A DNA stretch of 64,000 nucleotides from a virus. Its lineage: Duplodnaviria > Caudoviricetes. Below are positions 43,019 to 52,576 of the stretch, one piece after another (position 1 is the first letter of the stretch; every line of letters begins with the position of its first letter). The position numbers were made by a program, and so were the translations under genes. Under the pieces are notes generated by a model. That model worked only from the letters and a program-made list of their open reading frames with translations, ran no database searches and had not been told where the DNA came from. The DNA is taken from the IMG/VR virus record IMGVR_UViG_3300028048_000064, positions 64,001 through 128,000 of that record. One strand, written 5' to 3'.

Positions 43019-43060
43019 CAACCGATAATAAAATTTATTAACTTAAATACGTAAAAGAAA

Positions 43061-43540
43061 ATGAAGACATTTGATTTAACAGAAGAGAACCAGAACCTGT
43101 TTAATGATTTGTTTGAGGAAACAGGTTATCATAACTACATGCAATTGAGACTTATCGGTGTTGCAAAGTCAAAGGAAGTTATTACAGTTAATAGGCCTAA
43201 TGCAATTGCAAAGCATGTTGGGCATCTTCCTGATGATGTTGTAACTATTCTTGTATATGAGGATGCTTTTGACCGTCTTGATGACAAGAGTAAGAAACTC
43301 CTTATTAAGGATGCATTCAACCTTATTGCATATGATGATGAGAAGGATAAGATTGCCATTGGTGCTCCGATGATTACCGTTACAGTTGCAGGTAGACAGA
43401 AGTGGGGTGAGGATTTGATTAATAGTGCAGAGTTTGCTGTTGCTGCTATTGCTCAAATCGAGGAAGAAAAGAAAGAGGCCAAGGAAGCAGAAAAGGCACG
43501 TAAGGCTGCTGAGAAGGCTGCAAAAAAGAGAAATAAGTAA
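43061..43540 (+). CDS. hypothetical protein
   Basis: ORF directly after a promoter; AK-rich tail. Confidence 0.6.
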   Translation: MKTFDLTEENQNLFNDLFEETGYHNYMQLRLIGVAKSKEVITVNRPNAIAKHVGHLPDDVVTILVYEDAFDRLDDKSKKLLIKDAFNLIAYDDEKDKIAIGAPMITVTVAGRQKWGEDLINSAEFAVAAIAQIEEEKKEAKEAEKARKAAEKAAKKRNK

Positions 43541-44307
43541 TGCATAGCAACTATTCTTTATATCACGGTGACTGTATTGATATCATGCATCAGCTTATAG
43601 ACATGAACGTCAAGGCTGATGCTATCATCTGTGATGTTCCATATGGCATACATAATAATAAGTTTGATACGGTTATACCATTTGATGATATGTGGGATTG
43701 TATCAATAAACTTGTTAAACCAAAGGGTAATATCGTCTTGTTTGGTGGCGGATTGTTTGCCTGCAAGTTGGTTTTAAGTAATGAGAAAAAATTCAGATAT
43801 GAATTGATTTGGAAAAAGTCAAAATGTGGCTCACCACTCACTGCCAAGTATATGCCGCTAAAAAAGCATGAAAATATTCTTGTATTTGGTGAAAGTGCTG
43901 CGTATTATGAACCACAAATGACAACCGGAACACCATATAAAAGGAAATACACACCAAATAAGGTAAATAACCTCGGTTATGGTATTGCCGGTGTACAGAC
44001 TGATAATAAAGGCACAAGACACCCATCAACAGTACTTGATTTTCCACAAAAATGGAGAAGACAAGACCAACTTCATCCGACACAGAAACCGGTTGAATTA
44101 ATGGAATTCCTTGTTAAGTCATATTGTCCTAAAAATGGTCTGGTAATAGATTTTTGTGCAGGTAGTGGAAGTACGGGAGTTGCATGTATAAACACCGATA
44201 GGAATTTTATAGGTATAGAACTTGACTTGGATTATTATAAGATAATGGAAGAAAGGATTAAAGAAGCAGTTATTAATAAAGAAACAAACGAACTTACGAA
44301 TGGATAA
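43540..44307 (+). CDS. orphan N4-C/N6-A DNA methyltransferase (beta class)
   Basis: DVPY catalytic motif, HPTQKP, DFCAGSGST SAM-binding motif, FIGIE. Confidence 0.88.
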   Translation: MHSNYSLYHGDCIDIMHQLIDMNVKADAIICDVPYGIHNNKFDTVIPFDDMWDCINKLVKPKGNIVLFGGGLFACKLVLSNEKKFRYELIWKKSKCGSPLTAKYMPLKKHENILVFGESAAYYEPQMTTGTPYKRKYTPNKVNNLGYGIAGVQTDNKGTRHPSTVLDFPQKWRRQDQLHPTQKPVELMEFLVKSYCPKNGLVIDFCAGSGSTGVACINTDRNFIGIELDLDYYKIMEERIKEAVINKETNELTNG

Positions 44308-44986
44308 TATTAAGGATTTAAAACTATTTGCCTCTGATATGGGTGTGAATAGCAATACTTTTGACGAATATCAGAAGTACAATTTCAGAAATTCATATAT
44401 TGAGCCAACAGTTATTGAGGAACGTTCAAATATGGGGCCTATGACATCTATATCTGTGTATTCAAGACTATTGATGGATAGGATTATATTCCTTGGTACA
44501 GAGATAAATGATGATGTGGCTAATATCATTTCAGCACAGTTGCTATGGCTTGAACAACAAGGTAGTAGTGATATTACCATACAAATTTCAAGCCCCGGCG
44601 GGAGCATATACGATGGCCTCCAAATCATTGACTCTATGGAGTACATTAAACCTGATGTTTCAACAGTGTCAATGGGTATGGTTGCATCAATGGCAACTGT
44701 TATTGCAAGTTGTGGAACAAAGGGAAAGAGATTTATTCTTCCACATGCAAGATTTCTTGTTCATCAGCCATTACAAGGCGGAGGTGGCGGAATGAAACAG
44801 TGCAGTGATGTACAAATCCAAGCAAAGGAAATACAGACACTGAAAGAGGAATTACAGCAAATGCTTGCAGAAAACAGTGGTCAGCCATATGATGTAATTG
44901 AAAAGATGTGTGACCGAGATACTATTCTTACAGCAAAGGAAACGGTTGAATACGGATTTGTGGATGAAATTATAACAAGAACATGA
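44300..44986 (+). CDS. clpP: ATP-dependent Clp protease proteolytic subunit
   Basis: SRLLMDRIIFLG, ISSPGG, VASMA (Ser), LVHQP (His), DRD (Asp). Confidence 0.93.
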   Translation: MDNIKDLKLFASDMGVNSNTFDEYQKYNFRNSYIEPTVIEERSNMGPMTSISVYSRLLMDRIIFLGTEINDDVANIISAQLLWLEQQGSSDITIQISSPGGSIYDGLQIIDSMEYIKPDVSTVSMGMVASMATVIASCGTKGKRFILPHARFLVHQPLQGGGGGMKQCSDVQIQAKEIQTLKEELQQMLAENSGQPYDVIEKMCDRDTILTAKETVEYGFVDEIITRT

Positions 44987-45132
44987 CGTTAGAGGAATTA
45001 ATCGAAGGCCTTTTCAGTAACGCACTTAATGGTATGCCGTCATTCCCTGAAGATATACAAGAAAAAATTAAGAAAGAAATAGAAAAAGCTGAAAAAGAGA
45101 CTAAGGAATGTATTGAAACAAATATGAAATAA
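44983..45132 (+). CDS. small hypothetical protein (49 aa; not in the ORF track)
   Basis: MTLEELIEGLFSNALNGMPSFPEDIQEKIKKEIEKAEKETKECIETNMK; start overlaps the clpP stop (ATGA). Confidence 0.55.
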   Translation: MTLEELIEGLFSNALNGMPSFPEDIQEKIKKEIEKAEKETKECIETNMK

Positions 45133-45159
45133 TATTTATTGTTATAATAAGCAATAAAA

Positions 45160-45861
45160 ATGGCATACATAAGTGAAAATATCAAACGTTTATTCTATTT
45201 TGTAGAAAGTCAGACAATATACGAAATTAGCAAACATCAAGATGCAGATAATTGTGGGCTTTGTATGGGTTATACTAAAACCGAAGACGGCGACTATGTA
45301 ATTAAGGAAAATTCGGAACTTGCAACTATATTCCCATATTTTACTATTACATATTCTACATATAAATTCGTAGAAGACGAAGATGAAGAAGGAAATAAGG
45401 TTATAAAAAAGGTAATTGATGATACAATTCCACCTGTAACGAAATACTTCTGGTTGCAAGACCTAATTCACGATGGGGACAAAATAGCAAATAATAAGTT
45501 TGTTTGTACTGTTGGTTTGCACGGAGATACTTCTGCAACATTCCTTGACAGATACATTAAAAAAGTAACTGAGGATGCAGTTGCAAAGATTAAGAATAAT
45601 TATCTGCCGGACGAATTGAGAAGACAGTATCCTGGTTATCTTATTGGTACACCTTATGATAGTTTTGTTGATGGTAAGGATGTCAAGGTTACTGCAACAT
45701 CACTCACAGCAGCACAACAGATACTATCTGATGTTAATATAAAAACTCTGTATAATAATGCGGCAAAAGAAAAAGCAACCGCATCTGCAAATACTGTTCT
45801 TAGAAACATTAACAATCAGGTAGATACCTTGGAGATAACAACTGAACCAATTTCTGATTAA
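45160..45861 (+). CDS. hypothetical protein
   Basis: 233-aa ORF. Confidence 0.55.
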   Translation: MAYISENIKRLFYFVESQTIYEISKHQDADNCGLCMGYTKTEDGDYVIKENSELATIFPYFTITYSTYKFVEDEDEEGNKVIKKVIDDTIPPVTKYFWLQDLIHDGDKIANNKFVCTVGLHGDTSATFLDRYIKKVTEDAVAKIKNNYLPDELRRQYPGYLIGTPYDSFVDGKDVKVTATSLTAAQQILSDVNIKTLYNNAAKEKATASANTVLRNINNQVDTLEITTEPISD

Positions 45862-45885
45862 TAACAATAAAAATAGAGCCACATT

Positions 45886-46017
45886 TTATTTTGCGGCTCT
45901 TCTTATAAATCTACGAGTAGTTGTTGTTCCAGTTGTTCCGCTTGTCGTTCTTGGCGGGGTTTTGATTATCTTTTTCGGCTGTGTTGCCAAATTCTTCTTA
46001 CCGCAATTGCATCCCAT
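45886..46017 (-). CDS. small basic protein with MGCNCG N-terminus (43 aa; not in the ORF track)
   Basis: MGCNCGKKNLATQPKKIIKTPPRTTSGTTGTTTTRRFIRRAAK, co-oriented with the upstream ferritin-like gene. Confidence 0.6.
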   Translation of the reverse strand: MGCNCGKKNLATQPKKIIKTPPRTTSGTTGTTTTRRFIRRAAK

Positions 46018-46056
46018 CTTATTTTATCCTTTATCTGTTATATCTTTATTTTAAAA

Positions 46057-46467
46057 TTAATTCAGTTTATAGTCTGAAACCTTATCAAACTTGCAAAGGA
46101 ATTGGTTTTTAAGCATATTTGCCTTATAATCATCAATTGTTGAAACAATACCTGACAGTTTTTCAATTTTACTGTATTCAGTCTTCAATATATCAACAAT
46201 CTCCATTGCTCTTGCACAAAGTTCACCAAGGTCATCCGTTTCATTGATTTCAAGTTTATTCAACTTGGTTAATTGGGTATATGATGGCTTACCATAGTAG
46301 CCAAATGTCTGTTCTGCCAATTCATCAGCAAAATCAACAATTGTATTTCTGATTTTATCACACATCTCATGTGCATGATTGCTGTCAGTTGAATAGTGTA
46401 TCATTTTCGTAGCGTCAGCATACAGATACAACTTGAATATAATGTCACTTATCTGTGTAATGTCCAT
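46057..46467 (-). CDS. ferritin/Dps-like four-helix protein
   Basis: KMIHY...HAHEMCD...FADELAEQ resembles the Dps-type H-x(n)-H...D-x3-E pattern. Confidence 0.65.
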   Translation of the reverse strand: MDITQISDIIFKLYLYADATKMIHYSTDSNHAHEMCDKIRNTIVDFADELAEQTFGYYGKPSYTQLTKLNKLEINETDDLGELCARAMEIVDILKTEYSKIEKLSGIVSTIDDYKANMLKNQFLCKFDKVSDYKLN

Positions 46468-46535
46468 TTTTATTTGTAAATTTTACTATAAATATGTATA
46501 AAAAACCAAATATTAACAATATTTAACGTGTTTTA

Positions 46536-46567
46536 TTTGGACATTTGAAAATAAATTAGTAATTTTG
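46536..46567 (+). promoter_or_regulatory. Bacteroidota sigma-A-type promoter
   Basis: TTTG-N20-TAATTTTG. Confidence 0.65.
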
Positions 46568-46582
46568 TCAAAAATCTGAATT

Positions 46583-46786
46583 ATGAGTATAGTTTATTTA
46601 ATAATTGCTATTATTATAGTGTTAAACGGTACACGTGTTAGAAACAAATATGTGAATTATTATTTTAACTTTGAAACAAGCAACCCATGTAATGAATTTG
46701 CACATTTTTTGGGAACATTTTTTGTTGCTTTAACTGAAGGTGTTTGTTGGTGGTATATAATAAAAACAATAATTAAGTATATATAA
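46583..46786 (+). CDS. small membrane protein
   Basis: Two hydrophobic segments. Confidence 0.5.
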   Translation: MSIVYLIIAIIIVLNGTRVRNKYVNYYFNFETSNPCNEFAHFLGTFFVALTEGVCWWYIIKTIIKYI

Positions 46787-47610
46787 TGTTTCAACCGGTT
46801 ATTAAGTGGAGTGGCAGCAAAAGAAGCCAAGCAAATGAGATAATAAAGTACTTTCCAAAGGAAATAGACACATATTATGAGCCGTTTTGCGGCGGAGCAA
46901 GTATGCTATATGCATTAATCACATCAGATATTAGTGTTAATAACTATGTTTGCTCTGATATTAATTCAGATTTGATTAATCTGTGGAGATATATCAAGAA
47001 TAACCCATATATTCTTGCTTGTGAATATGAAAGACTGTGGAGAGAACTGAATAAGGATAAAGATATTGCAAGACAGAAAGAATATTATAATAGAATAAGG
47101 TTTGTATTCAATGAAAGTAGGCATCCAGTACATTTCCTATTCTTAAATCGTACATGCTTCAACGGATTAATAAGATATAATTCAGATAATGAGTTTAATA
47201 GTCCATTTCATCTTAATAGACCTGGTATTGAACCAAACAAATTAGGGAAAATACTTGAAAATTGGTCAGAATTACTTCAAAAGAATGATGTTACATTCCT
47301 AAAATGCGATTATAAGGATATTTTGCCATTTGAGGGTGATTTTGTATATTTAGACCCACCATATGCAAATACAAACGGAATGTATTCAGGAAATTTCGAC
47401 AATGAAGAGTTTTTTAAGTGGTTAAAGACAGTAAGGGCCGAATGGGCATTAAGCTATGATGGTAAAAGTGGTAATGATGATAATACATTCGATGTACCAA
47501 AGGAATTATATACAAAACATGTATATATAAAAAGTGGAAACAGTTCATTTAAGAGAATAAAACAAAGTGATAACAAAGCAATAGTTTTTGAAAGTTTATA
47601 TTTAAAATAA
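46786..47610 (+). CDS. Dam/D12-class DNA adenine methyltransferase
   Basis: KWSGSK, YEPFCGGAS, DINSDLIN, LNRTCFNGL, YLDPPY. Confidence 0.9.
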   Translation: MFQPVIKWSGSKRSQANEIIKYFPKEIDTYYEPFCGGASMLYALITSDISVNNYVCSDINSDLINLWRYIKNNPYILACEYERLWRELNKDKDIARQKEYYNRIRFVFNESRHPVHFLFLNRTCFNGLIRYNSDNEFNSPFHLNRPGIEPNKLGKILENWSELLQKNDVTFLKCDYKDILPFEGDFVYLDPPYANTNGMYSGNFDNEEFFKWLKTVRAEWALSYDGKSGNDDNTFDVPKELYTKHVYIKSGNSSFKRIKQSDNKAIVFESLYLK

Positions 47611-47615
47611 AAAAT

Positions 47616-48074
47616 ATGGAGAAATTATGTACAACCTTGGAACAATCCAAAAAACTCATTAAGTTAGGGATTAGTGCTGACACTGCTGATATGAGATATG
47701 GATATATTGCTCCGTATGATTATTCTGACAGAATGTTTGACGGAGGCTATGATGAAGTACCTTATCCAAAGGATTTTCTGAAATTGAATGCTGATTTCTC
47801 AGAAAATGAGTATGAAAGTTATTTTCCTGCATGGAGTCTTGTAGCTTTGTTGAATATAATGCCGAAATGTATAACAATTAAGGTAACTGAACACAGCGCA
47901 TATTTCTATTTCCTTGAATGGCAATTTGCCAATGACAATTCTTTGAGATATGTCGGGCATGATGGAAAATGCCTTGTGGATATATACAGTGACCATGATG
48001 ATGATAAATATAAAGATACTATTGATACGGCAGTGGAAATGATTATTTGGTTAAAAGAAAACGGAAAAATATAA
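47616..48074 (+). CDS. hypothetical phage protein
   Basis: TTLEQSKKL..LG...ADM, PAWSL..LL..MP pattern. Confidence 0.6.
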   Translation: MEKLCTTLEQSKKLIKLGISADTADMRYGYIAPYDYSDRMFDGGYDEVPYPKDFLKLNADFSENEYESYFPAWSLVALLNIMPKCITIKVTEHSAYFYFLEWQFANDNSLRYVGHDGKCLVDIYSDHDDDKYKDTIDTAVEMIIWLKENGKI

Positions 48075-48388
48075 TGACAAAGGAAATTGAGGAATTTATA
48101 CTTTTAAATGATAAAGAAGATAAAATGTTTTTAAATAATGCGGAAAGGGAAATGTTTATCATATTATCTGACCAAATCTGCATGCTGTTTGAAGAACATA
48201 ATAAAGAAAGATATTTTGATAAGTTAAAACTAATTAAGGATTTCTACAATAAGATATTTGTCTTTACGGTAAGACCGTTGATGGAAAACAACGAAAAACT
48301 GATGAAAGAACTTGAGCTACAGATGAAATACGGCACAAGAATCACATTATTGCCGGAAGAAATTGACAAAATAATAGCAAATATATGA
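48074..48388 (+). CDS. hypothetical protein
   Basis: Start moved to the ATG coupled to the upstream stop. Confidence 0.5.
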   Translation: MTKEIEEFILLNDKEDKMFLNNAEREMFIILSDQICMLFEEHNKERYFDKLKLIKDFYNKIFVFTVRPLMENNEKLMKELELQMKYGTRITLLPEEIDKIIANI

Positions 48389-48696
48389 CAAAGAAATTTT
48401 GGAATAATTGGAAAAGTAGGCTCGGTGATACTAAGCAAATTTACCTTTGCCGTCAAAAAACAAAGTGGTCTGATTATGAAAATAATTTACACTATTCAAA
48501 GAGGTTATTAAATGACCATATTGGCGAAAGAATACTTTCTTATAAATTCAATGGTAATACTGTTGATTTGGTGATTGAAAGAAAACGTTATGTTGATGAC
48601 GGTCATTTTAATTGGCATTATAATATTGAAAATGAATACATTACTATAAAAAGAAAGGATATAGTATCTGTTAGTTTTGGAAAAATTAAATATTAA
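48385..48696 (+). CDS. hypothetical protein
   Basis: ORF in a tightly packed early-type operon. Confidence 0.5.
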   Translation: MTKKFWNNWKSRLGDTKQIYLCRQKTKWSDYENNLHYSKRLLNDHIGERILSYKFNGNTVDLVIERKRYVDDGHFNWHYNIENEYITIKRKDIVSVSFGKIKY

Positions 48697-48699
48697 GAT

Positions 48700-49089
48700 A
48701 TGTGTTATACAATCAAGAAACTTTACAAGACATACGGTAAACGGAAAATCCAAGTATATGACGGTAAAAAACTGTTTGGCACTATTTCTAACGCATGGGG
48801 ATGGATATGCATTGACCCAGTAGAAAGAGGCGAAGGGAATGATTACAAAAATAATGTATTCAGCCGGGTTTTTATTAAAAACCATGATATTCTCCGAAAA
48901 ATTGCAATGGAAAATCTTTGGTGGTTGCTTCATTCAGACCACATTAACGAAGAATATACTGAACAGGAAGCATGGGAAGAAAAAATTAAGAATTGGGATA
49001 GAGGAATTGTAGCATTTCATTCAGATAATGAATCAGTATTTTTCCCAGGTGAAAAGGAAATTGCGTTAAATTCAATTAATAATAAATAA
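48700..49089 (+). CDS. hypothetical protein
   Basis: ORF in an operon. Confidence 0.5.
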   Translation: MCYTIKKLYKTYGKRKIQVYDGKKLFGTISNAWGWICIDPVERGEGNDYKNNVFSRVFIKNHDILRKIAMENLWWLLHSDHINEEYTEQEAWEEKIKNWDRGIVAFHSDNESVFFPGEKEIALNSINNK

Positions 49090-49102
49090 TATAACAAATA
49101 CA

Positions 49103-49432
49103 ATGAATAGATTAGAAGAAATATGGCAAGCCTTTCAGAAATATAAGTCAGTAACCGAAACTGGTAGTCTATCTGAAGGTGATTTTATTGCAGGCGCTGA
49201 ATGGTCCGATGAAAATCCAAGGACTGATATAATACCACGAGGCTCAATATCACATATAAGGATAATATTGGTTAATAAGTTCTGTGATATTGCTAAGAAA
49301 TATAGCAACTGTACCATTGACGAAGTTCCTGAAATGAAAGAAGCCTTTGACATGGCGGATATGTTTGATAAGGCTTGTGAGTACGCTGGATATAAGTTTA
49401 ATAATAATAAAGGAATTTACGAATTTAAATAG
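49103..49432 (+). CDS. hypothetical protein
   Basis: Contains FIAGAEW, a motif common in Bacteroidota phage small proteins. Confidence 0.5.
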   Translation: MNRLEEIWQAFQKYKSVTETGSLSEGDFIAGAEWSDENPRTDIIPRGSISHIRIILVNKFCDIAKKYSNCTIDEVPEMKEAFDMADMFDKACEYAGYKFNNNKGIYEFK

Positions 49433-49440
49433 TATAAATT

Positions 49441-49818
49441 ATGAAAGTATATATAGTAGCAAGACCCTATGATGAGATTGAGGAATTTATTCCTATGTAT
49501 GTAACAACGTATGAAGATAAGGCTCGTACATTTTTAAAGTGGTATAGTGATGAATCCATTCAAATGGTCATTTTCTCTAAAGAGTGGAATCCTGAAGACC
49601 CAAAAGGTTCACCAAATATTCTATTCAACTATCTTGATGGAGATTTGACATATAAACAAGATATGACTGAAAAGAATACTTTGTATGGTAAGTATAAAGA
49701 ATGGCTTGAATTGGATGAAGAAGAAGCAGAAAAATATATGTTTGGCGACCCAGATGAAGACAAAGATGAGAATGGAATGTTGAACGTTAAAATTTGGAAT
49801 TTGGATAAAGATGAGTAG
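49441..49818 (+). CDS. hypothetical protein
   Basis: ORF in an operon. Confidence 0.5.
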   Translation: MKVYIVARPYDEIEEFIPMYVTTYEDKARTFLKWYSDESIQMVIFSKEWNPEDPKGSPNILFNYLDGDLTYKQDMTEKNTLYGKYKEWLELDEEEAEKYMFGDPDEDKDENGMLNVKIWNLDKDE

Positions 49819-50032
49819 GTTTACAAAACGTCGCAAGGCTGCACGGCAAGAAAAGGAAGAAAAACAGCGTAGATTGGAAGAAAATTTAAAGAAATCTGAA
49901 AAAACATGTAATGACATTCTGAAGGTCTGTGATTATATTAATAAAAATCATCCGGAATTTGATTCGTTAGATGGAGATAAACGTGTAGAACTTTTTGGCG
50001 AAATTTTTAATAATATGCATAATGAGACATAA
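49811..50032 (+). CDS. hypothetical protein
   Basis: ORF in an operon. Confidence 0.5.
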   Translation: MSRFTKRRKAARQEKEEKQRRLEENLKKSEKTCNDILKVCDYINKNHPEFDSLDGDKRVELFGEIFNNMHNET

Positions 50033-50213
50033 CTACAAAGAACCATATTGGGCAAAATATGTACCAAGTTGGAAGAAACCACCGAAGTATATTCCTCCTA
50101 AAAGAGAATATAAACCATTGCAACATTGTAATGGTTGCACAGCGACATGTGAATATTTTGGCTATACAGAATACGAGAAATCGTATTTATGCCCCTATTA
50201 TGATTTGCAATAA
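50022..50213 (+). CDS. small Cys-containing hypothetical protein
   Basis: HCNGCTATC...CPY. Confidence 0.45.
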   Translation: MRHNYKEPYWAKYVPSWKKPPKYIPPKREYKPLQHCNGCTATCEYFGYTEYEKSYLCPYYDLQ

Positions 50214-50254
50214 ATAAGAAAATAATAGGTTTTTATAATTTTTAACGAAAAATA

Positions 50255-50286
50255 TTTGGTACTTTCATTTTTTTGTAGTACCTTTG
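50255..50286 (+). promoter_or_regulatory. Bacteroidota sigma-A-type promoter for the TROVE transcript
   Basis: TTTG-N20-TACCTTTG. Confidence 0.75.
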
Positions 50287-50297
50287 CAAACGAAAAT

Positions 50298-50415
50298 AGA
50301 AAGATAACCTCGTCTAAGGGTAAGTGCAGGGGTTTGACACACAATGTACATTTGTGAAAAGGGTTGTCTGTGAGGCAAGTAAGGAAAGTGCAACGCCACC
50401 CTAATTAGTCTTTCT
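50298..50415 (+). ncRNA. candidate structured RNA / 5' leader of the Ro60 gene
   Basis: GC-richer segment with AGAAAGA/TCTTTCT ends, AGGGT/ACCCT pairing and a CACAA/TTGTG hairpin. Confidence 0.35.
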
Positions 50416-50474
50416 TTTTTAAATATAGAATAAAAAATTTCTTTTAATAATAACAAATTAAATAGTGATAGATT

Positions 50475-52139
50475 ATGGCAAAGTTTAATTCAAAGAAAGA
50501 GGCTACAAAGCCAACCGTAATTAATGAGATGGGCGAGAAGGCTTTTGAACTTACCGCAAAGGAAAATCTCGTACAGAGTGTGTTAACCTCATTCCTTCAG
50601 GGACAGTACTATGAGAGTGAGTCTGAGGAAGTAAAGAAAATTCTTGATTGTGTAGATAAGGTTGACCCATTGTTCGTGGCAAAACTTGCATTGTATGCAC
50701 GTAATGAGGGTAATATGAGGTCATCAAGCCATTTGCTTGGTGCTGCATTGGCAAAGTATATTGCCGGTCAGAATTATGCCGCACGTTTCTATAACAAACT
50801 CATTGTCCGTCCGGATGATATGTCTGAGGTGCTTTCATGCTATGGTTCGTTGAACGGCATGAATATTACTGATAAGTCACTTCGTAGGATTCCAAACTCT
50901 ATTAAGAAGGGATTCAAGGCTGCACTTGAGCGTCTTGATGCTTATCAGATTGACAAATATAAGATGAATAGCCGTCAGGTGAAACTCATCGACCTTGTTA
51001 ATCTGTTGCACCCAACGCCAACACAGAAGAATAAGGAAGCTTATAAGCGTCTTATTAACGGTGAGTCTCTTGCTGACCTTTATGAGAGTAAGGTACTGGA
51101 GAAGGAAATGTCAAAGGGTGGCCAGACAGCCAAGACTGAGGAAGAGAAGACTGCTGCAAAGGAGGAAGCAATCTCTACCGTTCTTGACAATGTTAAGGGT
51201 ATGCCTATTTTCAATCTGCTTCGTAACCTGCGTAACATTATCCTCTATGCGCCAAACCGTATAGACGATGCTATTGCACAGTTGACCACAAGGGAAAAGA
51301 TTGTCAATTCAAGATTGCTTCCATTCCGTTTCGCAACTGCATACACAGAAATTGAGAACATGAGTTATGAGGCAAAGAAGCCATCATCTTCAATCGCTTT
51401 GGAAAGCGAAATCAGTAAGATGAAACTCACTCAGAATGAGTTTGCCGCTATTAAAGCAAAGGTTCTTAATGCTCTTGAAGATGCACTTGAGTATGCTTGT
51501 GAGAATATTCCGGAGTTTGATAACGGCACATACATCTTGGTAGACTCGTCAGGTTCTATGCGAGGGGACATGGGTGGTTCTTCCCGTGTATCTGCATTTT
51601 CAAAGACTACCACTTCAATTATTGGTTATTTGTTTGCTGCAATGGTCGGATGGAAGCAGAAGGATATCTATATCGGCTTGTTCGGTGATAGGCTTATTCC
51701 AGTGGAAGTTGACCGTTCTAAGAGGATGCTCGATTTCTGTAACTACATGAACAGTAAGGGTGGCTCATGTGGTGGTGGTACAGAGGCTGGTATTTATGAC
51801 TTCCTTCGCCAGTGCATTAAGGAGAAGAAGAAGGTGGATAACGTAATCGTCTTCTCTGACTGTCAGATTGGTTCCGGTGCAGAGACTGCATGGTATGGCA
51901 CAGATAGTAGTGACCGTAGTGGACGCTTCCAGGACTTGTTCAAGGAGTTCAAGAAGATTAACCCAATGTGTAACTTCATTGTGTGCAATCTTCGTTCGGC
52001 TAAGGGTAACTCAGTATTCCACAAGTCACAGAGAATACTTAACATCGCTGGTTGGAGTGAGAAGATTTTCGATGTGATTAAGTCCAACACCGTTGGTATG
52101 GATGCAATCATCAAGAAGATTGAAGCCATCGAGATATAA
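50475..52139 (+). CDS. TROVE-domain Ro60/Rsr RNA-binding protein with C-terminal vWA domain
   Basis: NEMGEKAF, FVAKLALYARNE, RPDD, YQIDKY, LLRNLRN, SRLLPFRF, DSSGSM MIDAS, GGT, VFSDCQ, AGWSE. Confidence 0.92.
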   Translation: MAKFNSKKEATKPTVINEMGEKAFELTAKENLVQSVLTSFLQGQYYESESEEVKKILDCVDKVDPLFVAKLALYARNEGNMRSSSHLLGAALAKYIAGQNYAARFYNKLIVRPDDMSEVLSCYGSLNGMNITDKSLRRIPNSIKKGFKAALERLDAYQIDKYKMNSRQVKLIDLVNLLHPTPTQKNKEAYKRLINGESLADLYESKVLEKEMSKGGQTAKTEEEKTAAKEEAISTVLDNVKGMPIFNLLRNLRNIILYAPNRIDDAIAQLTTREKIVNSRLLPFRFATAYTEIENMSYEAKKPSSSIALESEISKMKLTQNEFAAIKAKVLNALEDALEYACENIPEFDNGTYILVDSSGSMRGDMGGSSRVSAFSKTTTSIIGYLFAAMVGWKQKDIYIGLFGDRLIPVEVDRSKRMLDFCNYMNSKGGSCGGGTEAGIYDFLRQCIKEKKKVDNVIVFSDCQIGSGAETAWYGTDSSDRSGRFQDLFKEFKKINPMCNFIVCNLRSAKGNSVFHKSQRILNIAGWSEKIFDVIKSNTVGMDAIIKKIEAIEI

Positions 52140-52154
52140 GGCTGAATATTCAGT

Positions 52155-52301
52155 AGAATAGTTGACTGAGGCTATTTGCAAGAGAATAGCTGCCACAGGC
52201 CGGTGAAAGCAATAGGAGATAATTACGTAATAATACCTATGGGCGTACACCTATTAAGAGAAAATAAAAGTTAGAACTAGGCTGTTTCTAGCAACTATTC
52301 T
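52155..52301 (+). ncRNA. candidate end-paired structured RNA directly downstream of Ro60 (Y RNA candidate)
   Basis: AGAATAGTTG (52155-64) pairs with CAACTATTCT (52292-301); internal GCTATT/AATAGC and ATAGG/CCTAT helices; pyrimidine tail. Confidence 0.45.
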
Positions 52302-52360
52302 TTCCTTTTTCAGAAAAATATCCTATATTATTAATATACAACTTTTAAAATTTAAATCCT

Positions 52361-52576
52361 ATGAGTAAGAAGTTATTTAAAAATCTGATGGCTCAGAAGC
52401 AGTCTGAGTTCAGAAAGTGGGCAAGCAGATATGGTCTTACATTTAAGACTACTTCAGAGATGGAGCGTGAGCGTTCTGTACGTGAGAAGGAACAGGAACG
52501 TGTTGGTTCACAGCGTGGTGATAATGCACGTGGTGGACGTGGTAATAAAAACCATAAAATGCGTAACCATGCATAA
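52361..52576 (+). CDS. small basic protein with RG-rich tail
   Basis: 71 aa containing RGDNARGGRG; stop overlaps the MTase start. Confidence 0.55.
   Translation: MSKKLFKNLMAQKQSEFRKWASRYGLTFKTTSEMERERSVREKEQERVGSQRGDNARGGRGNKNHKMRNHA

Noticed and set aside
52431-52568. N-terminal extension of the Eco57I-like methyltransferase
   Set aside because: It overlaps the 71-aa upstream gene; the family-typical QVFTP motif begins just after ATG 52569.
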